Assembly: GCA_041308845.1 (NCBI GenBank)
Contig: JBFZAT010000044.1
Span: 1-55,176 of the forward strand
DNA: 55,176 bases
Direction of reading: 5' to 3'
Origin: Candidatus Omnitrophota bacterium
GTDB lineage: Bacteria > Omnitrophota > Gorgyraeia > Gygaellales > Profunditerraquicolaceae
How positions within the stretch are numbered: the first letter of the stretch is position 1; each line of letters opens with the position of its first letter. A program made the translations under genes and the position numbers. A model generated the notes under the pieces. The model was not told where the DNA came from, did no database searches, and worked only from the letters and a program-made list of their open reading frames with translations. Shown piece by piece: positions 9,029 to 17,651 of this stretch.

Positions 9029-9604
9029 TTGATGATCGGAATTATTGTTTTTGGCGTATTGTTTTTTGTCGTTATTGGTCTGATTATGTATTTTGTTTCT
9101 ATCTACAACGGTTTAGTGGTGCTGGCTCGTAATATCGCCAAAGCCTGGGCCAATATCGATGTCCTACTTAAGCAGCGTCGTGATGAAATACCTAAATTAA
9201 TCAGTATTTGCGAAGGGTATATGAAGTATGAGCGGGAAACACTGGAACGGATTACTGCTGCTCGTACTGCTTGTATGCAGGCCAAAGGGGTGGCTGAATC
9301 TGCACAAAAAGAAGGGGAGCTAAGTGGTTTATTAACTAAACTGTTTGCTGTGGCGGAGAATTACCCTGATTTGAAAACAAATCAAAATTTTATGCAATTA
9401 CAGCAGCGGGTCAGTTATCTGGAAAGTCAAATCTCTGACCGCAGAGAATTTTATAATGATTCAGTAAATAGCTACAATATAAGAATACATCAAATCCCGG
9501 ATATGTTTGTAGCCGGAATGCTGAATTATACGGATAAAGAATTATTTAAAGTGAGCGATGAAGACCGTAAGGATGTGGATATTAAATTTGAGTTTCCGAA
9601 ATAG
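9029..9604 (+). CDS. lemA: LemA family protein
   Basis: N-terminal TM, YNGLV, WANIDVLLKQRRDEIP, AENYPDLK, RREFYNDSV. Confidence 0.92.
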   Translation: MMIGIIVFGVLFFVVIGLIMYFVSIYNGLVVLARNIAKAWANIDVLLKQRRDEIPKLISICEGYMKYERETLERITAARTACMQAKGVAESAQKEGELSGLLTKLFAVAENYPDLKTNQNFMQLQQRVSYLESQISDRREFYNDSVNSYNIRIHQIPDMFVAGMLNYTDKELFKVSDEDRKDVDIKFEFPK

Positions 9605-9805
9605 ATTTTGTTTTAATTCTGTGATTAGGAGAGGGCAGTCTGTCCGTTTTTTAGTAAGTACCATTTAGCCAAATAAAATTAGTCCATTCAGGTATTTTGT
9701 AGAAGGGGTGTATTTATTGTTAAATTTGTAGTGGTTCTACGGTTAAGATCTCAGAAACTTAGTATCGCAGAAGAATTATTGAGGTGTAGTATTAATCGGA
9801 TAAGT

Positions 9806-9853
9806 AATTGTTTCTTAAGTATCTGATTATTATCAGGTTATATAAAACGTCTT
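9806..9853 (-). repeat. Bipartite dif-like motif, copy 3 (reverse)
   Basis: Reverse complement AAGACGTTTTATATAAC-N18-TTAAGAAACAATT, 17 bp before ATG 9871. Confidence 0.85.
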
Positions 9854-9870
9854 GTGTTGGGGGGGGGGTA

Positions 9871-10155
9871 ATGATTGGGCTGCGGAAATGGATTTTGATT
9901 TGTTTGATATTATTATTTCCCTGGCAAGTTATTTTTGCGCAAGCTCTTGATCCGATTACCCGATATGAGGAAGATAGCATAAAAAGGGAACAGGTAGCGA
10001 TTGATCGGGATAACCGCAATGCTGAACTGCAGAGAGAATTAAATGCAGAATTAGACAGGTTTAAAAAGCTCTTGGCCTCTACGGCGGACAAAGAGTCGCT
10101 GACCAAGCTTAAAGAAAACCAATCCATACTTATCAAGTTTAACCTTTCCCAGTAA
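9871..10155 (+). CDS. Small secreted hypothetical protein (94 aa)
   Basis: ATG 9871 after G-rich RBS; signal peptide (IFA-Q); helical body; bracketed by motif copies 3 and 4. Confidence 0.65.
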   Translation: MIGLRKWILICLILLFPWQVIFAQALDPITRYEEDSIKREQVAIDRDNRNAELQRELNAELDRFKKLLASTADKESLTKLKENQSILIKFNLSQ

Positions 10156-10201
10156 GACGTTTTATCCAAACTTTTATTTCCCAATAGTTTATTAAACATT
10201 G
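10154..10201 (+). repeat. Bipartite dif-like motif, copy 4 (forward)
   Basis: AAGACGTTTTATCCAAA-N18-TTATTAAACATTG; overlaps TAA stop at 10153-10155. Confidence 0.8.
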
Positions 10202-10211
10202 TTTAAATCAA

Positions 10212-10240
10212 GGAACTTTCTTTCCTTTGTTATTGTCTAA
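10212..10240 (+). promoter_or_regulatory. ECF (sigmaE-type) promoter
   Basis: GGAACT-N17-GTCTAA, same elements as 11746-11774. Confidence 0.75.
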
Positions 10241-10260
10241 TAGTTAGAAAGGAGAGAAAT

Positions 10261-10668
10261 ATGTGTAAAAAAAATTGGGTAAACAAAAGTTGTTTAATTG
10301 CAGGTTTTTGTGCAATAACTGTGTTTTTTACTTCACCAGCTTCTGCCGCTCAGAGGCATCATGATCGTCATGCCAGGCCGCATCAAAAGGGTGCATTTAG
10401 TTTTGCGCTTTCCTTGTTTTTCCCCTCCCAGAGAGTAGTACTGAACACTGTGCCTGGCTATTATAGCAGCTTTATTGTTCGGGAACCGGTAGTTGTCCAA
10501 CCGCAACCATATTATGCTGGATCAATTATTATAAATGTACCTAATATTTATGGTGGGTATACTGCTGTGCGGTTGGTAAAGCATAGTTATGGTTATCTTG
10601 GGCCCCAAGGAGAATATTATCCTGGTTATCCTACGGTTTATCAATTAGCGGCTCTTTATGGAAGATAA
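10261..10668 (+). CDS. Secreted hypothetical protein, first gene of ECF operon
   Basis: Signal peptide, His/Arg-rich patch, Tyr/Pro/Gly-rich C-terminus. Confidence 0.7.
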   Translation: MCKKNWVNKSCLIAGFCAITVFFTSPASAAQRHHDRHARPHQKGAFSFALSLFFPSQRVVLNTVPGYYSSFIVREPVVVQPQPYYAGSIIINVPNIYGGYTAVRLVKHSYGYLGPQGEYYPGYPTVYQLAALYGR

Positions 10669-10711
10669 GTTTTGTTTTGGTTAATTGCATCATTCAGGAT
10701 ATAATAAAGGC

Positions 10712-11269
10712 ATGCCAGAGGTGGTTTTAGAAACATTAAAACTTGTAGTTGCAGGTGATCCGGCTGCTTTTGAGCAGGTGTATAAGGCAATGAGTGGGTT
10801 TGTTTATAATGTTGCCCTAAGGATTACTCGTAATAACGCAGATGCCCAAGAGGTGACTCAAGATGTTTTCTTGAAGTTATACCATAGCTTGAAAGATTTT
10901 CAATTCCGTTCAGCTTTTAAAACTTGGGTATACAGAATTACGGTGAATACAGCGATTAATCGTTACCGTAGGTCTGCGCGGGAATTAAAAAACCGGGTAG
11001 CGAATGATCTTCTTATCGAGTCGCTGCCGGGTACTAGTTCAGCTTCTGCAAGTTTAACGCAAAGTGACCATGAAGCCAGGTTGAATGATTTATTATCCAA
11101 GTTAAGCCCGGAGCATAGGGTATGTTTGATCTTGAGAGAGATTGAGGGGTTAAGTTATCAGGAGATTGCCGCTGCCTTAAAAATCCCGATGAATACCGTA
11201 CGCTCCCGCTTAAAGCGCGGGCGCCAAGCATTGATTGAAGAAGGTAGGAAGGGAGAGCAGATATTATGA
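10712..11269 (+). CDS. ECF RNA polymerase sigma factor (sigma24 family)
   Basis: AQEVTQDVFLK, FKTWVYRITVN, LREIEGLSYQEIA, NTVRSRLKRGR. Confidence 0.93.
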   Translation: MPEVVLETLKLVVAGDPAAFEQVYKAMSGFVYNVALRITRNNADAQEVTQDVFLKLYHSLKDFQFRSAFKTWVYRITVNTAINRYRRSARELKNRVANDLLIESLPGTSSASASLTQSDHEARLNDLLSKLSPEHRVCLILREIEGLSYQEIAAALKIPMNTVRSRLKRGRQALIEEGRKGEQIL

Positions 11270-11745
11270 GATGCGCTCAGGTAAAAAAACTTTTAAGCAC
11301 TGATTATTTGGACGGTTTAGCTGATCAGAAAACCCTTCAGGCCATAAAGGATCACCTTGGCGTTTGTGCTTTATGCCGGCAGACAGAGCAGGCGCTGGTT
11401 AAAACACGTGTTATTCTAAAGAATAGCCTTCGCTTGGAGCCTCCGGCAGAAATTTGGGAGAATATTCAATCAAAAATATTGCAAGAAGAATTAAGCCGGG
11501 TTTCTCAGCCGAAAGTAAGTTTCCTTGGGTGGCTTGAACGGTTATTGAGGCCTAAGCCGGTTTTAGCAGCGGCGACCATCATGGCGGTCATGTTGGTAAT
11601 GGCGGCTTTAAACTTCACTAGTTTCCGTCGAAAAGTGGTGATCCAGGATAACGGCGAAGAAACCGTCTTTTTATATTACAATGACTACCAGGAATATGCT
11701 TCTAGGGTTGATCTGGGGACAGATATCGAAGAGTATTTTTTATAA
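11266..11745 (+). CDS. Zinc-finger (zf-HC2/ZAS) anti-sigma factor
   Basis: HLGVCALC (HxxxCxxC), single TM, overlaps sigma stop. Confidence 0.85.
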   Translation: MRCAQVKKLLSTDYLDGLADQKTLQAIKDHLGVCALCRQTEQALVKTRVILKNSLRLEPPAEIWENIQSKILQEELSRVSQPKVSFLGWLERLLRPKPVLAAATIMAVMLVMAALNFTSFRRKVVIQDNGEETVFLYYNDYQEYASRVDLGTDIEEYFL

Positions 11746-11774
11746 GGAACTTTTGCAGAAGTTTTATTGTCTAA
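11746..11774 (+). promoter_or_regulatory. ECF (sigmaE-type) promoter
   Basis: GGAACT-N17-GTCTAA upstream of Spy/CpxP gene. Confidence 0.75.
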
Positions 11775-11794
11775 GTTAATGAAAGGGGTGAAAT

Positions 11795-12277
11795 ATGAAA
11801 AAGAAAATGGGATACCTAATGTTAGTAACAGTAAGTTTTTTGTTGGTGACCGCTGTGGCTTATGCTCAAGAAAACAAGGAAACTAAAAGGCAGGGCCGTT
11901 CCGGGCAACCGCGGCAAGAAGAAACGATTTTCGAACAGCTTAATCTTACTCCTGAACAGAAGCAAAGATTAGAAGATAATCGCCAGGCACAGCGGCAGCA
12001 GGCGCAAGAGGTCATCGCTACCCTGAAAGATAAGCGTAAAAATCTCCAGGAAATTTTGAAGAATCCTTCAACTACCCGCTCTAGCGTACGGGAGATTGCC
12101 GATGATATTAAGGCGCTCCAGGCCAAGCAGACTGATCTTAGGTTAGATGGCATATTTTCGGTAAAAGAAATTTTAACGACAGAGCAGTATGTTAAATTCC
12201 AGGGGTTGATGGAAGAGCGTGCTGAAAAAATGCGTGGAGCGATTAAGCAATATAAACGTCCGGTTAAAAATCGGTAG
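11795..12277 (+). CDS. Spy/CpxP family periplasmic protein
   Basis: Signal peptide, LNLTPEQ and ILTTEQ (LTxxQ) motifs. Confidence 0.85.
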   Translation: MKKKMGYLMLVTVSFLLVTAVAYAQENKETKRQGRSGQPRQEETIFEQLNLTPEQKQRLEDNRQAQRQQAQEVIATLKDKRKNLQEILKNPSTTRSSVREIADDIKALQAKQTDLRLDGIFSVKEILTTEQYVKFQGLMEERAEKMRGAIKQYKRPVKNR

Positions 12278-12297
12278 AGTTCTCTGCGTTAAACAGT

Positions 12298-12330
12298 AAG
12301 GGAGGCTTTTAGATAAGCCTCCCTTTATTC
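12298..12330 (+). terminator. Intrinsic terminator
   Basis: AAGGGAGGCTT / AAGCCTCCCTT stem then T-rich tail. Confidence 0.75.
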
Positions 12331-12509
12331 TACTATTTTATTTCCGGCCTGCGATAACAAACCGCTTGACTAACCTGCATTAAATACGTAAAATAAAAAC
12401 ATACGTAGAAGCTCCAGTCAAAGCATTAATAACCGTCTAAATCAAAACTAGGCAATTTTAGAAATCTATTGATTGCCTTTGATTTTAATATAACTAAAAG
12501 GGGGTGGAG

Positions 12510-12833
12510 ATGTCCATTATTAAGGAATTTAAGGATTTTGCAATTAAGGGGAATGCTGTTGATATGGCGGTAGGTATTATTATCGGTGCAGCGTTTGGTA
12601 AAATAATAAATTCTCTGGTGAATGATATCATTATGCCCCCCATTGGGATGTTAATTGGAGGAGTTGATTTTAAAAATTTAGTTATTACGCTTAAGGTAGC
12701 AACAGATACAACTCCTATGGTAGCCATTAGGTATGGAGCTTTTATTAATAATGTTATAGATTTTACGATCGTTGCGGCATCTATTTTTGTGGTAGTCAGG
12801 GCTATCACGGCATTGAAGAAAAAGACGGTTTAA
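12510..12833 (+). CDS. mscL: Large-conductance mechanosensitive channel (short form)
   Basis: [48 protein letters not shown]. Confidence 0.93.
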   Translation: MSIIKEFKDFAIKGNAVDMAVGIIIGAAFGKIINSLVNDIIMPPIGMLIGGVDFKNLVITLKVATDTTPMVAIRYGAFINNVIDFTIVAASIFVVVRAITALKKKTV

Positions 12834-12864
12834 TTCCAGAACAAAAGAAAGGATAGGAACAGTA

Positions 12865-13542
12865 ATGAAAAAAATCATTATCGGGATTATTACGTTTTCT
12901 CTATGCTTAGTGATTTTTGTTTTGGTGGCCAGGAATTTTATAGTTAAAACCGCGGTTACCAAAGCAGTTACGGCATTAACCGGGTTGAAAGTTGAAATCC
13001 AGAAAATTGATATCGGACTGTGGAGTTCTACGCTGGAGATTAATTCGTTAAAAGTTTATAATCCCGTAGGCTTTACGGATAAGATTATGGTGGATATACC
13101 TTTAGTTTACGTTGACTATAGTTTAGGTGGATTTTTTAAGAATCGGGTGCAGCTTAATAAAATCAAAATTGAAATTAAAGAGCTTGCGGTTATTATCAAT
13201 GAACAGGGGAAACTTAATTATAATTCTTTAGCCATGTTGATGCCTAAAACCGGCGGCGGTAAATCTCCGGAAGTAAAAATTAATGAACTTTACCTAAAAA
13301 TCGGGAAAGTATGGTATAAGAGCTATTTGCGGCTGGCCGGGACTAAGCAAATGGAGTTTAATGCTAACATTGAAGAAACATTTAAAGATGTGACTAACCC
13401 CTCGCAATTAGCCAGCGATATTCTTAAAAAGATTCTTGCGCGGGTAGGCATTTCAGATTTAGCCAAATTTGATGTTTCCGGTGTAAGTAAGTTATCCGTA
13501 GGAGAAGCAAAAGACAGTTTAAAGAATATATTTACACAATAA
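12865..13542 (+). CDS. AsmA-like membrane-anchored protein
   Basis: N-terminal TM, beta-rich body, INEQGKLNYNSL typical of AsmA-family segments. Confidence 0.6.
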   Translation: MKKIIIGIITFSLCLVIFVLVARNFIVKTAVTKAVTALTGLKVEIQKIDIGLWSSTLEINSLKVYNPVGFTDKIMVDIPLVYVDYSLGGFFKNRVQLNKIKIEIKELAVIINEQGKLNYNSLAMLMPKTGGGKSPEVKINELYLKIGKVWYKSYLRLAGTKQMEFNANIEETFKDVTNPSQLASDILKKILARVGISDLAKFDVSGVSKLSVGEAKDSLKNIFTQ

Positions 13543-13596
13543 ATTTACCGGGTAGATAAAGTCAGAAAGTTTTTTAGCTAGTCTAGCTAGCCTAAG

Positions 13597-14925
13597 GTGA
13601 AGAGAATGAAACAAAAAATTGTCGATTTTATAAAACGGGATATCTGGCGGATTAAAACTGCTAAAATTCCGCGTAAACAGTTTTTCTTAATTAAGAATGC
13701 AAGAATCGCGATTCTTGCGCTGCGCGGTTTTAATGAAGACAAATGTTCTTTACGTTCTTCGGCTTTAACTTTTTATACCCTTTTATCGATCGTGCCGATT
13801 TTTGCCATGGCTTTCGGGGTGGCTAAAGGTTTTGGTTTCGAAAAATTATTAGAAAAACATATTCTGGAAAATTTTCCCACCCAAAATGATGTTATTGTCA
13901 ACGTAATAAATTTTGCTAATACCATGCTGGAAAACACCAAAGGTGGTTTGATTGCCGGTATCGGAGTTATAGTTTTATTCTGGGCAGTGATCAAGGTTTT
14001 GAGTAATATCGAGAAGTCTTTTAATGACATTTGGGGGGTAAAAAAGATGCGGGATTTGGGGCGCCGGCTGAGTGATTATCTTTCGGTTATGCTGATTTGC
14101 CCGATTTTTTTAATTGTTTCCAGTGGTTTGACTGTTTTTGTGCGGTCGCAAACGGTGATGATCCTTGAAAAAATATCATTCTTGGGTCCGGTCAGCCAAC
14201 TAATTTATTTTCTTTTAGAGTTTCTTCCTTATACGGTGATGTGGGCGGTATTCACCTTTATTTATATCTTTATTCCTAATACTAAAGTGAATTGGAAATC
14301 CGGGTTGATCGCCGGTATTCTGGCGGGGACTATTTACCAGTTTGTACAGTTGCTTTATGTTAATTTTCAAATTGGGGCGGCTAAGTATAATGCGATATAT
14401 GGCAGTTTTGCGGCCTTGCCGCTTTTTTTAGTTTGGCTACAGCTTTCTTGGCGTATAGTATTATTCGGAGCGGAGGTTTCTTTTGCCCACCAGAATGTCG
14501 ATACGTATGAATTTGAGCCGGATAGTTTAAGTGTTAGCCAATCTTTTAGAAAATTACTTACTTTAAGGGTGTCTAGTTTACTGGTTAAGAATTTTGCTAA
14601 AGGAGAGAATCCTTTAACTGCGGCTCAAATATCCCATGAATTGGAAATTCCGGTCAGGCTGTTGCGGGATATATTAAATGAACTCTTAAAGGCAAAAATT
14701 GTCGCAGAGATTAAAACGGAAGAAGGTAAAGCTTTAGCTTATAATCCGGGATGTGATATAAATCTTATGACGATTAAGTTTGTTTTAGATAGGATTGATG
14801 AAAATGGCTCTGATAATATCCCTGTGCCCCAGACTAAAGAGATCGCCAAGATCAGTGGGTCTTTGCAGGCTTTCAGCGAATTAATTCAAAAGTCTTCGGC
14901 TAATCTTTTCCTTAAAGATATTTAA
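13597..14925 (+). CDS. YihY/BrkB family membrane protein with C-terminal Rrf2-like HTH
   Basis: SSALTFYTLLSIVP, IEKSFNDIWGV, YGSFAALPLFLVWL; C-terminal wHTH. Confidence 0.88.
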   Translation: MKRMKQKIVDFIKRDIWRIKTAKIPRKQFFLIKNARIAILALRGFNEDKCSLRSSALTFYTLLSIVPIFAMAFGVAKGFGFEKLLEKHILENFPTQNDVIVNVINFANTMLENTKGGLIAGIGVIVLFWAVIKVLSNIEKSFNDIWGVKKMRDLGRRLSDYLSVMLICPIFLIVSSGLTVFVRSQTVMILEKISFLGPVSQLIYFLLEFLPYTVMWAVFTFIYIFIPNTKVNWKSGLIAGILAGTIYQFVQLLYVNFQIGAAKYNAIYGSFAALPLFLVWLQLSWRIVLFGAEVSFAHQNVDTYEFEPDSLSVSQSFRKLLTLRVSSLLVKNFAKGENPLTAAQISHELEIPVRLLRDILNELLKAKIVAEIKTEEGKALAYNPGCDINLMTIKFVLDRIDENGSDNIPVPQTKEIAKISGSLQAFSELIQKSSANLFLKDI

Positions 14926-14957
14926 AGTGATGTCGTTAGTTTTAATCGAAAGGGGGA

Positions 14958-15650
14958 GTGATGAAAGCATATTGTGCTGAGTTTTGCGGAACGTTTTGGT
15001 TAGTTTTAGGTGGTTGTGGCAGCGCGGTTCTGGCGGCGGCTTTCCCTGGTTTAGGTATAGGACTTTTGGGAGTGTCTTTGGCTTTTGGTTTAACGGTCTT
15101 AACCATGGCTTATGCCATTGGCCATATTTCTGGTTGCCATCTTAATCCTGCTGTTTCCATTGGCCTGTGGGCTAGCGGTCGTTTCCCGGCTAAAAAATTG
15201 ACTCCTTATATTATTGCTCAGGTTTTAGGTGGGATTGTTGCCGGGGGAGTGCTTTATCTTATTGCTTCCGGTCAGTCCGGCTTCAGCCTGGCTTCGGGTT
15301 TTGCTTCCAATGGTTATGGTCTTCATTCCCCGGGAGGTTATTCTTTGTTGGCGGCGTTAATTACAGAGATAGTGATGACTATGTTTTTCTTATTTGTAAT
15401 ATTAGGAGCTACCGATAAAAGAGCACCTCAAGGTTTTGCTCCACTAGCGATTGGCTTGTGCCTGACTTTAATACATCTAATCAGTATTCCTGTTACCAAT
15501 ACGTCGGTTAATCCGGCGCGTAGTACTGGCGTGGCTTTGTTTGTTGGTGATTGGGCAGTTGCTCAACTGTGGTTATTTTGGGTAGCCCCAATAATCGGCG
15601 CAATAATCGGCGCATTTATATTTCGTTCTATTAACCAAATTAAAGATTAA
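14958..15650 (+). CDS. aqpZ: Aquaporin Z
   Basis: [39 protein letters not shown]. Confidence 0.96.
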   Translation: MMKAYCAEFCGTFWLVLGGCGSAVLAAAFPGLGIGLLGVSLAFGLTVLTMAYAIGHISGCHLNPAVSIGLWASGRFPAKKLTPYIIAQVLGGIVAGGVLYLIASGQSGFSLASGFASNGYGLHSPGGYSLLAALITEIVMTMFFLFVILGATDKRAPQGFAPLAIGLCLTLIHLISIPVTNTSVNPARSTGVALFVGDWAVAQLWLFWVAPIIGAIIGAFIFRSINQIKD

Positions 15651-15651
15651 T

Positions 15652-15681
15652 CAAACATAAGCAAACATAAGCAAACATAAG
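15652..15681 (+). repeat. Tandem triplication of CAAACATAAG (left arm of motif copy 5)
   Basis: CAAACATAAG x3 directly after aqpZ stop. Confidence 0.9.
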
Positions 15682-15726
15682 ACGCTTTATGTAAATACTT
15701 AACCTTTATTGGCTTATGAAACAAAT
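15679..15726 (+). repeat. Bipartite dif-like motif, copy 5 (forward)
   Basis: AAGACGCTTTATGTAAA-N18-TTATGAAACAAAT. Confidence 0.85.
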
Positions 15727-15746
15727 GTTAATATATTAAAAGAAGT

Positions 15747-15794
15747 ATTTGTTTCGTTAGTCATTGATTTTTAATGGTTTATATAAAACGTCTG
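15747..15794 (-). repeat. Bipartite dif-like motif, copy 6 (reverse)
   Basis: Reverse complement CAGACGTTTTATATAAA-N18-TAACGAAACAAAT, 22 bp before ferritin ATG. Confidence 0.85.
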
Positions 15795-15816
15795 TTATTG
15801 CTGAAAGGAGTGGTAA

Positions 15817-16308
15817 ATGGAAATAAAGGATAAGATAACAAAGGCGATTAATAAACAGATTAATGCTGAACTTTATTCGTCGTATTTGTATTTGGCGATG
15901 GCGGCTTATTTCGAATCCAGGAATTGGTCGGGTTTTGCTCATTGGATGAGGTTACAGGCTCAAGAAGAGAATATCCACGCTATGAAGTTCTACGATTATG
16001 TTTTAGAGCGCGGCGGGGAAATAAAACTGGAGGATATTAAGGCTGAAGATGCGGAGTGGAAATCACCGCTAGAAGTTTTTGAGGCGGTTTATGAGCACGA
16101 ATTAAAAGTGACCGCTTTAATTAATGATCTGCTGAAGTTAGCGCGTCAGGAAGATGACGCTGCTACGGAGTCTATGCTGAAGTGGTTTATTGACGAGCAA
16201 GTTGAAGAGGAGACGCATGCTAAGCAGATTGTAGATAAGCTTAAGCTGATCAAGGATTCGGCAAATGGATTATTTATGCTTGATCATCAATTGGGCGAAA
16301 GAAAATAA
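15817..16308 (+). CDS. ftnA: Non-heme ferritin
   Basis: QINAELYSSYLYLAMA, QAQEENIHA, YEHELKVT, FIDEQVEEE. Confidence 0.93.
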   Translation: MEIKDKITKAINKQINAELYSSYLYLAMAAYFESRNWSGFAHWMRLQAQEENIHAMKFYDYVLERGGEIKLEDIKAEDAEWKSPLEVFEAVYEHELKVTALINDLLKLARQEDDAATESMLKWFIDEQVEEETHAKQIVDKLKLIKDSANGLFMLDHQLGERK

Positions 16309-16425
16309 ATAAAGATAAGATTGTTTTAATACTTCAACTTGTTGGCAACGGAGTTTAATTAATAAAGTTGTTGTGTTGGAATTAAGTTCTGTTATAGTAA
16401 TCGTTAAGTAAATAAGAGGATAAGA

Positions 16426-16512
16426 GGTCTGGAGATGTTTAGCATATCCAGAGGGTATCGATGGTCGGGCCGCCATCTTGCATGTAGATGCAGGATGGCT
16501 TTTGATTTTTTT
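16426..16512 (+). ncRNA. Monovalent-cation riboswitch-like RNA (Na+ DUF1646 / nhaA-I type) with overlapping terminator, copy 1
   Basis: GGTCTGGAGATG..CATATCCAGA hairpin, GATGGTCGGGCCGCC core, GCCATCTTGCAT/ATGCAGGATGGC terminator + T tract; upstream of mscS; class assigned from memory of consensus. Confidence 0.7.
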
Positions 16513-16541
16513 GGTAGCCCAATTCAAAAAGGAAATAATTA

Positions 16542-17570
16542 ATGAACGATTATTTATTCTCTGGAGTTTTATTATTGAGTGCGCTAGCTGCCGGATGGTT
16601 TTTGTATGTTTCTATTGCCATTCTGCTTAAACGCGGATTACGTTTTATATATTTAAAAGGTTTTAAGCTTCATCTAGAGTATCTCAAGCCTCCTTTACGT
16701 CTATTGATTCCTGTCTTCTTTGTTTCCGCGGTGTTTTCTTCATTGCTCCTGCCGCCGAAGTCCGTTTTTTTATTTAGCCATTTGATCCACATAGTTTTAA
16801 TTGCTTCTTTCGGTTGGGCGGCGGTAAAGATTATCCATATTCTACGCGACTCAGGGTTAGAGCGTTATAATATTAACGTCAAAGACAATGCCCGGGCCCG
16901 CGGTATGCATACGCAGATACGCTTAATGGCCAACATAATTATTATCTTGGTTATTATTTTTACTGTCGCCCTTATTCTGATGACTTTTCCGGAAGTCAGG
17001 CAGGTCGGGTTGACTATTTTGGCTTCGGCTGGAATTATCGGTATAGTTATTGGGTTTGCTGCCCAAAAAACACTGGGTAATTTGATTGCTGGTATTCAGA
17101 TCGCGATCACTCAGCCGATTAGAATCGATGATGTTGTGATCGTGGAAAATGAATGGGGTAAAATTGAAGAGATAACACTTACTTACGTAGTAGTGCGGGT
17201 TTGGGATTTACGGCGTTTGATCGTGCCGATTGGTTATTTTCTGGAGAAACCTTTCCAGAACTGGACGCGTACTTCGGCAGATTTACTGGGGTCAGTGATG
17301 ATTTTTGCAGATTATACCGTACCGGTAAAAGAAATTCGTATTGAATTAACCAATATACTTAAAAACAGCCCGCTTTGGGATAGAAAAGTTAATGTATTAC
17401 AGCTTACAGATATGAATGAAAAGGCAATTCAGTTGCGGGCGTTGATGAGCGCAGAAGATGCTTCAATATTATGGGATTTACGTTGTGAAGTCAGAGAGAA
17501 ACTTTTGGAATTTTTACAGAAAAAGTTTCCGGAATGCCTGCCGCGAGTGCGCTTAGTCACGCAAGCCTAA
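16542..17570 (+). CDS. MscS family mechanosensitive channel
   Basis: ASAGIIGIVIGFAAQKTLGNLIAG, PIRIDDVV, GKIEEITLTYV. Confidence 0.92.
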   Translation: MNDYLFSGVLLLSALAAGWFLYVSIAILLKRGLRFIYLKGFKLHLEYLKPPLRLLIPVFFVSAVFSSLLLPPKSVFLFSHLIHIVLIASFGWAAVKIIHILRDSGLERYNINVKDNARARGMHTQIRLMANIIIILVIIFTVALILMTFPEVRQVGLTILASAGIIGIVIGFAAQKTLGNLIAGIQIAITQPIRIDDVVIVENEWGKIEEITLTYVVVRVWDLRRLIVPIGYFLEKPFQNWTRTSADLLGSVMIFADYTVPVKEIRIELTNILKNSPLWDRKVNVLQLTDMNEKAIQLRALMSAEDASILWDLRCEVREKLLEFLQKKFPECLPRVRLVTQA

Positions 17571-17571
17571 T

Positions 17572-17619
17572 AAGACGTTTTATCTAATCTTTTATTTTGT
17601 AATAGTTTACGAAACAATC
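17572..17619 (+). repeat. Bipartite dif-like motif, copy 7 (forward)
   Basis: AAGACGTTTTATCTAAT-N18-TTACGAAACAATC, 1 bp after mscS stop. Confidence 0.85.
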
Positions 17620-17651
17620 ACAACAACTGTAAATTCAACTATTTTTTATCA

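Noticed and set aside
9806-9853. Motif as an alternative-sigma promoter
   Set aside because: The two conserved boxes are over 30 bp apart and half the copies point away from genes at 3' ends.
9792-10199. 135-aa minus-strand ORF
   Set aside because: Antisense to a signal-peptide ORF and runs across both motif copies; no recognisable features.
12440-12490. AGGCAAT/ATTGCCT hairpin in the mscL leader as a riboswitch
   Set aside because: Short stem with a large loop; no match to c-di-AMP or the cation-riboswitch core.
16270-16527. 85-aa minus-strand ORF
   Set aside because: Overlaps the ferritin end and the riboswitch-like RNA; spurious.
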